Shown in pieces: positions 16,413-26,463 of a DNA stretch of 42,005 nt. Source of the stretch: a virus. Location of the stretch: IMG/VR virus record IMGVR_UViG_3300037088_000812, positions 64,001-106,005 of that record; one strand, 5' to 3'. Within the stretch, counting starts at the first letter, position 1. Each line of letters opens with the position of its first letter. The position numbers and the translations under genes are program-made. The notes under the pieces were generated by a model. That model did no database searches, was not told the origin of the DNA, and saw nothing but the letters and a program-made list of their open reading frames with translations.

Positions 16413-17279
16413 ATGGACGAGAAGAAAGTAAGCAGCAAAGGCACGAATCTGGAAAAACTTAAGAGAGCATTCGAGGCCGAGAAATCTAACAATGAAGGCG
16501 GGATGAATTGGTGGAGGCCCCAGTTTGGGATCAACACAGTAAGAATCCTACCAGCTGAAGATCCAGAAGATATCTTTTTCTTTCCTACCGCACGACACAA
16601 AATCGACGACGATTATTACTACTGCCTAAAGTATCATACAGATCCAGATACTGGACGTGGTGAAAAGTGTCCTGTCTGCGAAACTAGAAAGAGGCTCTTC
16701 CGAAGCGGAGATCCTACTCTAATTAGAATTGCGAAGGACATCAAAGCAAAGAAACAGTTCCTGATGAACTTGATCGATAGAGCCAGTGAAGATCCTGCAA
16801 AGGTATTCATTTTCGCCGCAGGCGTGAAGATCAATGATAAGATCTGTTCATCAATGATCGATGACAACATCGATATTACTGACGTCGAAAAAGGCTATGA
16901 CTTCATAGTCAAGAAGGAAGAAGGGCCCAAGACTGAAAATGGAACTTTCCCTTCCTATGATAATTCAAAGGCAAAGAGAGCTTCTACTCCTTTGCACGAT
17001 GACGCTGAAGTTGTACAGGCAATTCTAGAATCACGAAATGACCTCAAGTCAATTCCACGATTCGACTCTCCCGACATTCTACAGAATGCCATTGATTCCT
17101 ATATCAAGAATCTAACTGAGGGCGGCTCAAAGAACGATAAGTTCTATGAGGAAGAGAATAAGGGTGAGGAAGCACCAGCACCTTCACAAAAGGCAAAAGC
17201 TTCAATCTCTGACTTCAAAAAGAAACTACAAGATTCACTCAAGGTAGAAGATGATGAAGAGACAGAGGAAGACGAGTAA
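16413..17279 (+). CDS. Single-stranded DNA-binding protein, T4 gp32-like
   Basis: AAGGAG RBS. VRILPAEDP...FFF..ARHK....YYC..........EKCPVCE parallels the gp32 core (AVIRFLPS...H...C...CPVC zinc site). Highly acidic C-terminal tail (EDDEETEEDE) as in gp32. Confidence 0.85.
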   Translation: MDEKKVSSKGTNLEKLKRAFEAEKSNNEGGMNWWRPQFGINTVRILPAEDPEDIFFFPTARHKIDDDYYYCLKYHTDPDTGRGEKCPVCETRKRLFRSGDPTLIRIAKDIKAKKQFLMNLIDRASEDPAKVFIFAAGVKINDKICSSMIDDNIDITDVEKGYDFIVKKEEGPKTENGTFPSYDNSKAKRASTPLHDDAEVVQAILESRNDLKSIPRFDSPDILQNAIDSYIKNLTEGGSKNDKFYEEENKGEEAPAPSQKAKASISDFKKKLQDSLKVEDDEETEEDE

Positions 17280-17300
17280 AGTAATTATTACAAACATTAA

Positions 17301-17326
17301 GGGAAGCTCAACGGCTTCCCTTTTTT
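17301..17326 (+). terminator. Rho-independent terminator (GGGAAGC-tcaacg-GCTTCCC + TTTTTT)
   Basis: 7-bp stem plus T6 directly after the gp32-like gene. Confidence 0.7.
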
Positions 17327-17344
17327 ATTGCATATTTATATCAA

Positions 17345-18022
17345 ATGAGTGACACTTGGGAAAAGTTTAGATTCAATATTAAAGAGCGATCTATTTGGGA
17401 GATTTATAAAGCTTACCAATTAGCTATAAGGAAGAGAGGTGATTTCCGCAATTATCTCCCAACTAAAGAAGATCCACGTGAAAGTAAAAATTGGAAATAT
17501 TTTGAACAGACCTACGAGAGCTTTTCTCAAGACGCTATGTTTGATCCTTATATATTCATAGAAGCTCAATTCTATAATGTGCCTAAGGGTCAATCTATTT
17601 TTCCAGCGCAACTTAAAACAAAAGTTGCTGTAAATAGATATAAAGAACATAGAGAAGCACTAAAGATCAAAGACTTTAATACTGACAGCAAGGCCATTAT
17701 GGAAAATCTAGCTGCTACATATAGATTTTTAAAGAAGTGGTGGAAACGCAACAACTTACCACCCAACTCGTTTAATGAATTCTTTAGAGTCGAAGAAAAT
17801 GAGCTTATGAGTCAAGGAATGTTGTATTGTCTTCAAGGGATGGTAAGCAAATATTTCATGGCTGTCAGTATGCATTTTAATAGAGAATATCGTAAATTAG
17901 ACGATGATTTCAAATATGAAATTATAGACCCAGAAGATTTGAAAAGCTATCGAACTAAGCTTGCATTAGATGACGATGCTTATGATTTCGCAAAACAAGT
18001 TTTTGTGGGTGAAATAATATGA
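17345..18022 (+). CDS. hypothetical protein
   Basis: 225-aa ORF. Confidence 0.45.
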   Translation: MSDTWEKFRFNIKERSIWEIYKAYQLAIRKRGDFRNYLPTKEDPRESKNWKYFEQTYESFSQDAMFDPYIFIEAQFYNVPKGQSIFPAQLKTKVAVNRYKEHREALKIKDFNTDSKAIMENLAATYRFLKKWWKRNNLPPNSFNEFFRVEENELMSQGMLYCLQGMVSKYFMAVSMHFNREYRKLDDDFKYEIIDPEDLKSYRTKLALDDDAYDFAKQVFVGEII

Positions 18023-18031
18023 GGTAAAATT

Positions 18032-18256
18032 ATGAATTATGTAGAACGTTTACAGAAAGACTTTCCTGATCATACTTTTGAAGCTGTACCAGTTGAGAAC
18101 GAGGAAAGAAGCTGGCGATTAAAAATGGATGGTAAAGATGTAAAAATTAAATGGTCACAAGAGGCCGAGACTGATTTAGAAACTTATCACAACCTTCGCG
18201 TTGAAGATGAACTTTACAGTCTTATACATAACGAGATTAGAGACCACGCTCTTTAG
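18032..18256 (+). CDS. hypothetical protein
   Basis: ORF in the gene train. Confidence 0.4.
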   Translation: MNYVERLQKDFPDHTFEAVPVENEERSWRLKMDGKDVKIKWSQEAETDLETYHNLRVEDELYSLIHNEIRDHAL

Positions 18257-18259
18257 GAT

Positions 18260-18520
18260 GTGAGTATCATGGAAAATGAAAATGTTGAAATGAAAAGTAG
18301 ATACCCTAACGACGAATTATTAGAAGATAAAGAAATGGCTGATAAAATATTGGCCAACGATAAAGAAACAGGAATAATGATTTGGGGAGACGACGGACCT
18401 GACGGCAAGACTATATTCACTAACATTGGTAATGTTACAATAAGCCTACCAGAAACAGTCTTTTACTCTCTTACTAAGACTACACAATTAGCAGCAAAAA
18501 AACTTTTAAACATAGAGTGA
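18260..18520 (+). CDS. hypothetical protein
   Basis: Track ORF from GTG 18260; ATG 18269 is an alternative start. Confidence 0.4.
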   Translation: MSIMENENVEMKSRYPNDELLEDKEMADKILANDKETGIMIWGDDGPDGKTIFTNIGNVTISLPETVFYSLTKTTQLAAKKLLNIE

Positions 18521-18526
18521 GGAAAC

Positions 18527-19285
18527 ATGGCTAACATTCTTATGAAGCCCGGCGCAGATTGGTTGCCAGATCGATTGACCGATATGGAAGCAACTAAATG
18601 TGAAGAAAAATTTGACGATTTTTTAGACTCATTACACGTATGTTATTTTAAGAACGACGGCTTACTACATGAGTTTTCAGAATTTAAGCAATATTCAATT
18701 TTCTTTCCGCCCAATTCTCCAATGTATGGTAGCCCACAATTTCACAATAAAATTAAACTATTTTTCAAGGCTCAAAGAAATTTCTATAAAAAGAAACCGG
18801 ATTCAGTAGGATACCTTGAGCTACGCAAAAACCAATTTAACAACATATCTAAGCCCGACGTAGGCTCAGCTTTATTTTGTTGTTATTCACAGCAAGAAGA
18901 CGACTTCGCGATTAAGCCGCTTGCTAGCATTAGAGGTTATCTAAGCGCTTTAGAGCGTCATATGCCTAAAGGGTTAGTTGAAAAACGCCAAAGGAATAAG
19001 TTCCTAATACGTTTAACGCCCTTGATAACAAAGAAAATAAGAGCCATGGAACAAAGCGGCGAAGCGGGCGGATATAGTGGCAAATATCCAAAACGGAATG
19101 CAGATGGAACTTTAAGCCTCATTGTTGCTGGAACAGGTGGGGCAGAATTTAGTATAACACATAAAGCCTACTATTTAGTAACGCGAGATGAGTTTGCTGC
19201 ATACCTAGAACAACATAACAATTATCCAGAAGGCTGGAAGTTGAAATTCAAACTAATAAGAAACTTATTAACAAAGGAGTTTTAA
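18527..19285 (+). CDS. hypothetical protein
   Basis: GAGG RBS; 252-aa ORF. Confidence 0.5.
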   Translation: MANILMKPGADWLPDRLTDMEATKCEEKFDDFLDSLHVCYFKNDGLLHEFSEFKQYSIFFPPNSPMYGSPQFHNKIKLFFKAQRNFYKKKPDSVGYLELRKNQFNNISKPDVGSALFCCYSQQEDDFAIKPLASIRGYLSALERHMPKGLVEKRQRNKFLIRLTPLITKKIRAMEQSGEAGGYSGKYPKRNADGTLSLIVAGTGGAEFSITHKAYYLVTRDEFAAYLEQHNNYPEGWKLKFKLIRNLLTKEF

Positions 19286-19286
19286 T

Positions 19287-19595
19287 ATGAGCGAGAGTCT
19301 TATGAAGAAATTCAGCGCCCTCGATGAAAACGAGAAGGCGGCATTTAAGGATGGGCTTAGCACCTACTTGGGTTACTTAGCAGAGTCCAAAGAAACTAGA
19401 GACGCAATGAAAGATCAGATTGCTCTTACAGCCAAAAAGGTCCCTTCCCTTTCTAAGAAAGATGTTCGAAAGTTCTTCACTTATTTCAAGAACGGTGTAG
19501 ACCCAGCTGAGCTTAAGGAAGACGCCAAGATCCTTGAGGAAATGCAAGAGGTCATGGGAACTGATGAAGAAAGCGACGAAGACGAAGAAGCCTAG
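19287..19595 (+). CDS. hypothetical acidic protein
   Basis: AAGGAG RBS; acidic C-terminus. Confidence 0.4.
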   Translation: MSESLMKKFSALDENEKAAFKDGLSTYLGYLAESKETRDAMKDQIALTAKKVPSLSKKDVRKFFTYFKNGVDPAELKEDAKILEEMQEVMGTDEESDEDEEA

Positions 19596-19623
19596 AGAGC
19601 CCGTATTATGGTTTGCCAACCAG

Positions 19624-19866
19624 ATGGAGCGAAAGTTATCTCAGCATGATGATCGCCCTGGTTGGCAAAATGAAAACTTTGAATACCTACTCATACGACT
19701 AATGGAAGAGCAGGGCGAGCTTAACAACCTGATGATGGACTTAGGCGAGCTCAGCGAGTTATCTTCTGATGCAGACATACAAGACGTCATTAACGAAGCT
19801 ACAGATGTTGGAAACTTTGCAATGATGATTGCAGACAATGCGAGGCGCTTCATCAAAGATAATTAA
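19624..19866 (+). CDS. Small MazG-like NTP pyrophosphohydrolase domain protein
   Basis: LMEEQGELNNLMMD and ATDVGNFAMMIADNA resemble the two MazG helices. Track ORF starts at 19534; ATG 19624 avoids overlap (19564 is an alternative). Confidence 0.45.
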   Translation: MERKLSQHDDRPGWQNENFEYLLIRLMEEQGELNNLMMDLGELSELSSDADIQDVINEATDVGNFAMMIADNARRFIKDN

Positions 19867-19881
19867 AAAGAGGTAATGAAA

Positions 19882-20214
19882 ATGAGGGGTTATGGACTAG
19901 ATGAAGATATCGAAGTCGAATTAAATAGGCAAGTAGATCACGCAGAACAACGTGTTCGTATGAATCCAGAAGATAGTAGAGAAAACCCTTATCTTAATGA
20001 AACGCCTGAGGATTTAGTCACTAGAATAGACAGATGTAGTAATGAGATTAAAGCAATCCTACCTCTCATTGCAATGAGTAAAGCAATGGGTATGCCAGCT
20101 AATGACACACAAGTATCTCAGGATGAAAGAGTTCTAAATGCCGCTAAAGATCTTTTGAAAAAAGAAGTTGAAGCATTATGTGATTTTACAGAAGCCTTAT
20201 TTAACGAGCGATAA
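19882..20214 (+). CDS. hypothetical protein
   Basis: AAAGAGGT RBS, spaced 7 nt from ATG 19882 (track start 19876). Confidence 0.45.
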   Translation: MRGYGLDEDIEVELNRQVDHAEQRVRMNPEDSRENPYLNETPEDLVTRIDRCSNEIKAILPLIAMSKAMGMPANDTQVSQDERVLNAAKDLLKKEVEALCDFTEALFNER

Positions 20215-20505
20215 ATGAATCAGACCCTACTTGGTAAGTTCACAAATGAGAAAGAGTCTAGCGAAGTATATCTTATTTTTGGATTTTACAAAGACAGTAA
20301 CGACAATTTAGTTAGACCAATTGGAATAAGGGCCGACAAAATAATTAAGAGAAACGCTGTAATAGGCTTGGCAGCCGATATGTTAAAGCCTAAAGATTTT
20401 AAAAGATGGTATCAGATTGTTCACTACGATAAGTTATTCTATAACGTCATAAAGAGCGCAATTAGAGGTAACTTAGATATTTGGATGAAGGACGAGTTAA
20501 TATAA
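20215..20505 (+). CDS. hypothetical protein
   Basis: TAAATG junction with upstream gene. Confidence 0.4.
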   Translation: MNQTLLGKFTNEKESSEVYLIFGFYKDSNDNLVRPIGIRADKIIKRNAVIGLAADMLKPKDFKRWYQIVHYDKLFYNVIKSAIRGNLDIWMKDELI

Positions 20506-20684
20506 TGGAAGAGCTATTAAAAAAGATACTTGAACAACTGACAAAGACTAATGCCTTACTACAACGCAACACAGATCTGTTAGAAATTCTAACTAGAATA
20601 ATTGAGAAGGCTGACGCTGACGAATTTATGAATAGCGAAACACAAAGGGACATACATGGAGCTTCATACCCCAGACGCGGATAA
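20505..20684 (+). CDS. hypothetical small protein
   Basis: TAATG overlap start (MEELLKK); track start 20481. Confidence 0.35.
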   Translation: MEELLKKILEQLTKTNALLQRNTDLLEILTRIIEKADADEFMNSETQRDIHGASYPRRG

Positions 20685-20705
20685 AAATAAAAAAAGAATA
20701 AAGAA

Positions 20706-20960
20706 GTGTATTTATTTAGAAAACCACCCAGAGCAAATAGAGAAGAGAAAAATACGTCAACGGCTTTACTAGATCATATAAATGGCGGAGGACGAAAACA
20801 AAGGCGAGAAATGGGCGGAAGCCTCAAAATTTACAAATGGTTGATAGCCAACAACTTTCCTGAAGGATTTAGACTTTTGTGTATGAATTGTAATTTTGCA
20901 TTAGGACGTTGCGGATATTGTCCGCATAAGGGTAAAGATGTCATTGCTAACGGGGGTTAA
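20706..20960 (+). CDS. hypothetical Cys-rich protein (LCMNCNFALGRCGYCPH)
   Basis: ORF in the gene train. Confidence 0.35.
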   Translation: MYLFRKPPRANREEKNTSTALLDHINGGGRKQRREMGGSLKIYKWLIANNFPEGFRLLCMNCNFALGRCGYCPHKGKDVIANGG

Positions 20961-21543
20961 TATAGCCCAGATTAAAGTATACTTAGAGACTCAAGAAGAT
21001 TCGGCACACGTGTACCAGAACTTTCGAATAGTAGCACCCGAGATTCATTTACTACGTTACTTCACAGATGAAATGTATTTGGGTTATCATGCTCTAGAAA
21101 GAGCGATGTCTAAATACTATGTAGGTGACGGAGAGACTATCATATTTCGAAAGAAATTTAGATTTAATAATTTAACGACCTTAACTTTTGACAAGACCAA
21201 TCCTGTAGTCGAAATAAGGCCAGAATTAATAAGCGCTCAGTTTATGGTGGAGACAACTATTCCTGCCACTCATGGATGTTTAGATTGCGAACACTTCCGT
21301 CCAAGCAATAGGATGTGTATGTACTACCAAACACTGGGTATAAAGATTAGAAAAAATTGTCCTGATTTTAGGCAAAAAGAAGAGAGGAATAATATGTCTG
21401 AAAGTAATGCCAATCTAATATTAGAGATTGCCAACAAGCTTGGAACTACCGTAGACCAACTCCTGGCAGAATATGGCGATGCAGATATTGTAGTTGAAAT
21501 GTACAAAGCCGGAACTTTAAAACTACTTAGCGAAGAAAAATAA
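20938..21543 (+). CDS. hypothetical protein
   Basis: 201-aa ORF. Confidence 0.45.
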   Translation: MSLLTGVNIAQIKVYLETQEDSAHVYQNFRIVAPEIHLLRYFTDEMYLGYHALERAMSKYYVGDGETIIFRKKFRFNNLTTLTFDKTNPVVEIRPELISAQFMVETTIPATHGCLDCEHFRPSNRMCMYYQTLGIKIRKNCPDFRQKEERNNMSESNANLILEIANKLGTTVDQLLAEYGDADIVVEMYKAGTLKLLSEEK

Positions 21544-21554
21544 AAACTCACTAA

Positions 21555-22487
21555 ATGTCAAATAAATACTTATTGCTAGATGGGAACAATTTAGCGCATA
21601 TTGCGTTCCACAGAGCTAAGTCAATAATCATCAAAAAGAAGAAAGCCCTAGCTGAGGCTGAAAAGCTTATTCTTCCTGAAGGTGTCATTGACCAAACTGA
21701 TCACTCTATAATAGAAAGCGTGATGTACCACGTATTTTTTTTAAAGTTACACAAACACTTTAAGAAATTCAAGGGCTATCAGTTTATAGTATGTTGGGAC
21801 AACCCAGGTTCGCATGAATGGCGAAGAGAAATCTATCCAGAATATAAGGTCCGTCGCGTTTATGATCAAGACCCGGTCTGGCGAGTTATGTTCAATGGAA
21901 TAGCTAAACTTCAAAACATACTCTCAGCTTATCCTATAGTTCAAGTCATTATAGAAAAGCTCGAGGCAGATGATATACTCTATGCCTACTCAAGTGTGCT
22001 TAGAGAGTATGGTGAAGTCGTCATTATATCAGGTGATAGCGACCTTATACAAGCCGTACAAGACTTTGGTGTAAGATTATACCACCCAATTACTGACAAG
22101 TGGGTTAAGGCTCCTACTACATATGATTATTGTTTAGCAAAAGCAATACGGGGAGACAACACAGATGACATACCTGGTATTTATGGTTATGGTCCAGTCA
22201 AGTCTACTGCGCTGGCCGAAGCTTGTAAAAAGGACCCTAGCGCAATAAATAAGCTAGACAAAGACCAGCAGGTAATCGTATCCAGGAACATGCACCTAAT
22301 ACAGATTAAGAACAACCCTAATCTGATCAAAGCAAAACTAGAAGTAGCTAATATCGTAGACATTAATAACCACTTCAAAATCAATACGCAGAGAATCAAG
22401 AAGTTCTATTTTGACAACAAGCTCAAGGCTCTACTAGAAGACTTCGATTCAGTAATAAGTATATTTTCAGATGAATCGGAAGAATGA
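21555..22487 (+). CDS. 5'-3' exonuclease / flap endonuclease (T4 RNase H family)
   Basis: LLLDGNNLAHIAFH; FIVCWDNPGSHEWRREIYPEYKVRR; EADDILYAY; VIISGDSDLIQAV; and helix-3-turn-helix GDNTDDIPGIYGYGPVKSTAL. Confidence 0.8.
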   Translation: MSNKYLLLDGNNLAHIAFHRAKSIIIKKKKALAEAEKLILPEGVIDQTDHSIIESVMYHVFFLKLHKHFKKFKGYQFIVCWDNPGSHEWRREIYPEYKVRRVYDQDPVWRVMFNGIAKLQNILSAYPIVQVIIEKLEADDILYAYSSVLREYGEVVIISGDSDLIQAVQDFGVRLYHPITDKWVKAPTTYDYCLAKAIRGDNTDDIPGIYGYGPVKSTALAEACKKDPSAINKLDKDQQVIVSRNMHLIQIKNNPNLIKAKLEVANIVDINNHFKINTQRIKKFYFDNKLKALLEDFDSVISIFSDESEE

Positions 22488-22953
22488 AATAACTAAGGCT
22501 TTATTAGGCGGGAAGACCGACTATAACCAATGGTTCTGGAATTGGTTTTGGGAAGAGGGATATCTTAACACTCCGCCGTCTATATTCCTTGTTACAATAG
22601 TTTTTGAGCGAATTCAAAGTGAAGGACAAACACCAAAATATTATAAATGGTTATTGCCTTTAGCTTTTAGACTTTTCAAAGTCCTTAAGTATGATGAGAT
22701 ACAAATTAGTGAAACTAAAGAAAACGAAACGTTCGTATCTGAATTCGAAGAACCAGAGAATTGCTTTCACGGCCTACTTGTAAGCGCCGAATATTGTGCA
22801 GAACTCGGTAAAAAACTAATTAGCGTTTATAGAAAAGTTGGTTCTATCTTTTCACTAGAAATAAAGCCAGTGCCATGGAATACGCCAAAAGAAAAGACTC
22901 TTGCTATGTTAAAAAATGTTAATACTAAACTGGGGCTCTATTTAATTCACTAA
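22471..22953 (+). CDS. hypothetical protein
   Basis: ORF in the gene train. Confidence 0.45.
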   Translation: MNRKNEITKALLGGKTDYNQWFWNWFWEEGYLNTPPSIFLVTIVFERIQSEGQTPKYYKWLLPLAFRLFKVLKYDEIQISETKENETFVSEFEEPENCFHGLLVSAEYCAELGKKLISVYRKVGSIFSLEIKPVPWNTPKEKTLAMLKNVNTKLGLYLIH

Positions 22954-23060
22954 GCAGCATTCTCATTTTGAGAGAAAGTAGGAACGTAGCTCTAAAGTCC
23001 TTTTACATGTAAACTGCCTATGAATTCGTGTCCAGCGTATAATCTTCTCACAGCCCGCTC

Positions 23061-23068
23061 AAGATAAT
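23061..23068 (+). promoter_or_regulatory. AAGATAAT box 34 nt upstream of GTG 23102 (AAAGGTGG RBS between). A TATAAT at 23038-23043 and the conserved 22-mer 23015-23036 lie just upstream
   Basis: Direct observation of motif order: 22-mer, TATAAT, AAGATAAT, RBS, start. Confidence 0.4.
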
Positions 23069-23101
23069 TATACAAACACTCATTTATAAAGGTGGTACTA
23101 T

Positions 23102-23521
23102 GTGTCGTCACATGAAAAAATGTACTTGGTTAATTTTGGAGCTAAACTAAGTGATGAAGTTTTAGAGGCTGTTAAGAACGAGGTAAAGGCTGAAACTATA
23201 GAACAGATCATTAAGAAAGTCAACTTAGATCTATCTAAAAATCCTTATCTTCAAATACATGATGTAGTTTTCTCTGTTAAAAAATATCTGCTTGATGATT
23301 ACCCTTCTGTAATAAATTTACCGGGTCTACCTATAGCATGTGTATTTATAGTGAATGAAATAGAAGCACTAACTGGTAAACCACCAGTGATAGTGTTTAC
23401 GTCTAGAGATATTTCAAAAGAGGGCTACTTTTCTGATTTCAAATTCAAAAGATTATTTAGCTTAAATTATGAACGAACAGCGACGAGAGAAAGATTCAAG
23501 AATGGAAATTGTTCTGAATAG
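23102..23521 (+). CDS. hypothetical protein
   Basis: GTG start 7 nt after the AAAGGTGG RBS. Confidence 0.45.
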   Translation: MSSHEKMYLVNFGAKLSDEVLEAVKNEVKAETIEQIIKKVNLDLSKNPYLQIHDVVFSVKKYLLDDYPSVINLPGLPIACVFIVNEIEALTGKPPVIVFTSRDISKEGYFSDFKFKRLFSLNYERTATRERFKNGNCSE

Positions 23522-24131
23522 GGTAGCACCTATAATACCCATATCTATAAATTGGTTCGGGCTATTTTCTTATTCAGGCGATGAATATTCAATTAGGGGC
23601 TCTCCCGTATGGGCGCCAAACGTAAAATCAACTGACGTAAGAGAGCGCGATCTAACGAAGTGGGTAGAGAATCAAATGCCCGGAGATCTTAAAAGAGGCT
23701 TCATTAAAATTAAAAAAGCTGACTTTAAAGAGGTAACAGTTTCTTTTGATTGCGCAAGATGGCTCAGAGAAAATTTCCTCAAGGAACCAGTTATTGAATA
23801 TCATCTTCCCACAAGCTTAGTTTGGTCGTTCAAAAATAGGCTGCCAGATGTTTTAACTTCTCACGTACCATGGAACACCTTAAAGAAATACGTTGAAGAT
23901 CGTTTCAAAAATTTCTTTCGGAGCTATAATAAATCTGGTCTTAAGGGCTTATATGTAGTCTTAAGGAAAGCTAAATACGATTGGTTCACTTACGAGGCAG
24001 ACTTGCAAATGAACAAGATATATATGAAGGTACGTCCAATAATTTTGATAACTCTGATGGTAGGTGCCAAAGTTGCCAAGGATGTCTTATTAGGGGCACC
24101 AGATAGGCCCTGGAGTAATAGGCATGAATAA
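23502..24131 (+). CDS. hypothetical protein
   Basis: Track ORF 23469-24131; ATG 23502 (MEIVLNR) minimises overlap. Confidence 0.45.
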   Translation: MEIVLNRVAPIIPISINWFGLFSYSGDEYSIRGSPVWAPNVKSTDVRERDLTKWVENQMPGDLKRGFIKIKKADFKEVTVSFDCARWLRENFLKEPVIEYHLPTSLVWSFKNRLPDVLTSHVPWNTLKKYVEDRFKNFFRSYNKSGLKGLYVVLRKAKYDWFTYEADLQMNKIYMKVRPIILITLMVGAKVAKDVLLGAPDRPWSNRHE

Positions 24132-25680
24132 AGATCGTATAGTTGAGAAAGGAATGCAAAACTTTCTTAAGCTGTTAACAGAAGCAGAAGATCAGTCTGA
24201 ATTAGATTTTGCCCAAGAGCAACCACAACAGCGCGAACTACCTATGGACACATCGTTGGAAACACAACCTGAATTAAAGCCCCAAGCAGTAGACGCTGGT
24301 ACTAACATCAAATTCTTATCGACATTGACCATGTTCACTACTAAGAATCCACCCGATAGTAATACGTGGATACATGAAAATAATCCGCAATATATACCAT
24401 TAAAAGACGGCAGGATAGTAAAAACTATTTCTAAGCTATTCCCCGAGCTTAGAGTTAAAAGTGCTAACGCAGCTAGATATGGTGATAACCAATTTAGAAT
24501 TTTATTACACGGTCAACTTAGAGCTCCTACAAAAATTAAGATAAAAGGATTTACACGAGAGCGAGCTGAAGAAGGTTTACAACGCGAACAACGCGAACAG
24601 CGACTAAGGGGCTCTACTGAAACTTACTTAGACTATATAAGAGTTGAAAATAAAGCTGGTTTACCATTACAGGGTAAAGAAGAGTTGCTCACGACTCTCA
24701 AAGAAAATAAAAAAATAAAACTCAAAGGTATTGATTTGACAGATCTAATGGTCTGGACACAAATAATGCCGCCAGAAGAGGCTCAAGTAAAGAAAGTAAT
24801 AAAACCAGAAGAGGAAGAACCAGAAGAAAAGAAAGTGAGCGGCAAACAAGAAAAGAAGCCGGAAGAAGAACGTCCTATAGAAAACCCAGAAGATAACCCC
24901 AACTATGAAGCAATAGTCAAACAAATAATGGATGATTACGATAAGAAATCTAAAGAAGCTAGACGAATGGCTAAAGAGGCTATGATAGATTGGTCTAAAA
25001 AGAATAATGGTAAAAATATAACAGCAAGAGATATAGAAGCTATAGTACGTGATGCTAAGCTAGAGTCAATTTCGTATGGTAAATCATCTGATGAATTTGG
25101 TAGATATTTTAGAATGTTGTTAGAGGCCCAAAACTCAACTGAACTTGAAAGCGGTAAAGGTGGAGAAATATTAAGCCACTTGAACGATAGAATTTTTGAA
25201 ACTTGGTTTAGCGGTAAAGGCGGAATTGCGGCACCCACAACTAATCGAGTTTTTATAGGTAATGTATTTGAGTGGTTTGCAGCCGAGTCAGCAATATTCA
25301 AACCAGAAAAAAGAACAGTAGATAAAGTTAGAGAAAAAAGCAGTATAGATATAACTCTTGACGGCGCTTTAATAATGGAAGTTGAAGTTTGGGTAGATGC
25401 ACGACTAATGGGAACCAATATCAGAGATGATTGGACTTTTCAAATGCTAAGCAATGGTGGTGGAAAAGTAATAGCCAAACAAAGTTATAAGACCCCTGGA
25501 TCTCTTATGAGGACAGGTAAAGAAGCTAAGCCAGATTTACAACAACAAGCGGCTGTAAATCCACAACCCGCAGAAAAAACAACAACACCAAAACTAGGAG
25601 CGACAAATATGCTACAATCGGCTAGTAAAAAAGTTGGTCAAGCTCTCGGACGAGTTGGCAAATCTGGAGTGGGTAAATAA
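24124..25680 (+). CDS. Large hypothetical protein (518 aa; charged K/E-rich central region)
   Basis: ATGAATAA overlap with upstream gene. Confidence 0.5.
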   Translation: MNKDRIVEKGMQNFLKLLTEAEDQSELDFAQEQPQQRELPMDTSLETQPELKPQAVDAGTNIKFLSTLTMFTTKNPPDSNTWIHENNPQYIPLKDGRIVKTISKLFPELRVKSANAARYGDNQFRILLHGQLRAPTKIKIKGFTRERAEEGLQREQREQRLRGSTETYLDYIRVENKAGLPLQGKEELLTTLKENKKIKLKGIDLTDLMVWTQIMPPEEAQVKKVIKPEEEEPEEKKVSGKQEKKPEEERPIENPEDNPNYEAIVKQIMDDYDKKSKEARRMAKEAMIDWSKKNNGKNITARDIEAIVRDAKLESISYGKSSDEFGRYFRMLLEAQNSTELESGKGGEILSHLNDRIFETWFSGKGGIAAPTTNRVFIGNVFEWFAAESAIFKPEKRTVDKVREKSSIDITLDGALIMEVEVWVDARLMGTNIRDDWTFQMLSNGGGKVIAKQSYKTPGSLMRTGKEAKPDLQQQAAVNPQPAEKTTTPKLGATNMLQSASKKVGQALGRVGKSGVGK

Positions 25681-26463
25681 ATGAAACTTAAAGATCTATT
25701 TGAAATGGGAATGGGGGCAGCAACTACTTCAGCTGGGGTGGGAGGTGCAGCAGCTACTACATCTGCAAATGTCCAAGGCGTACCCAAACCCGTAGGTGCT
25801 GTCATTACTCGTGAGTATGCGGGATATGATGCCGATCGTAGAAAGAAAAAGAAGAAGAAGGATGCTAATACATTCAGCGCTCCAACGTGGAAACATTATA
25901 AGAGTCCCATGAGACGACCTATGCATGAGGAAGAGGCTCATGGTGAAGCCGTGAATCCATCTGATAGAAAGAATGCCGACGATGGAAATGCCACTAAACT
26001 TGGTCGATTAGCATTCAAAGGTGATAGACCTAGATACAAGCCTAAGAAAACTTTCATTACAAGAAAACCAGCTAAACCCAAAGACATTAAAGAACAAGAT
26101 GAGTGGGAGCCATTACAACAGCGCACTCCTGCTATGGACTTAGAATGGTTAAGAAGAGGTTTTGAAGGTGATCGGCCAGGTTATGTACCCAAGAAACAAA
26201 AGATCACTAAGAAAGACAAAAGCCACAAGGGTATCAAAAAGTCAGTGCCAGTAGAAGAACAATTCATGGGTCCGCAATTATTTTATGATTCATCGCCGTA
26301 TCATGATCTAGAATTTTTAGTTAAGTTCTGGAGAGGTAGCAAGAAAGGCGAATTGATGCGACCGGAAAGTGCACCTAAAAGAAAGAAACGAGAAGATAAG
26401 CCATTAGGTACTTATGGCACTTCAATGCCGACATCTTCTACGCCACCAAAATCAGCTACTTAA
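25681..26463 (+). CDS. Basic K/R/P-rich hypothetical protein
   Basis: TAAATG junction. Gly/Ala/Thr-rich N-terminus, then poly-K and repeated GDRPxYxPKK segments. Confidence 0.45.
   Translation: MKLKDLFEMGMGAATTSAGVGGAAATTSANVQGVPKPVGAVITREYAGYDADRRKKKKKKDANTFSAPTWKHYKSPMRRPMHEEEAHGEAVNPSDRKNADDGNATKLGRLAFKGDRPRYKPKKTFITRKPAKPKDIKEQDEWEPLQQRTPAMDLEWLRRGFEGDRPGYVPKKQKITKKDKSHKGIKKSVPVEEQFMGPQLFYDSSPYHDLEFLVKFWRGSKKGELMRPESAPKRKKREDKPLGTYGTSMPTSSTPPKSAT

Noticed and set aside
24936-25418. Minus-strand 160-aa ORF inside the 518-aa plus-strand gene
   Set aside because: It is antisense to a long plus-strand ORF with conserved coupling to its neighbours. The product is Ser/Leu-rich low complexity, so it is likely a shadow.
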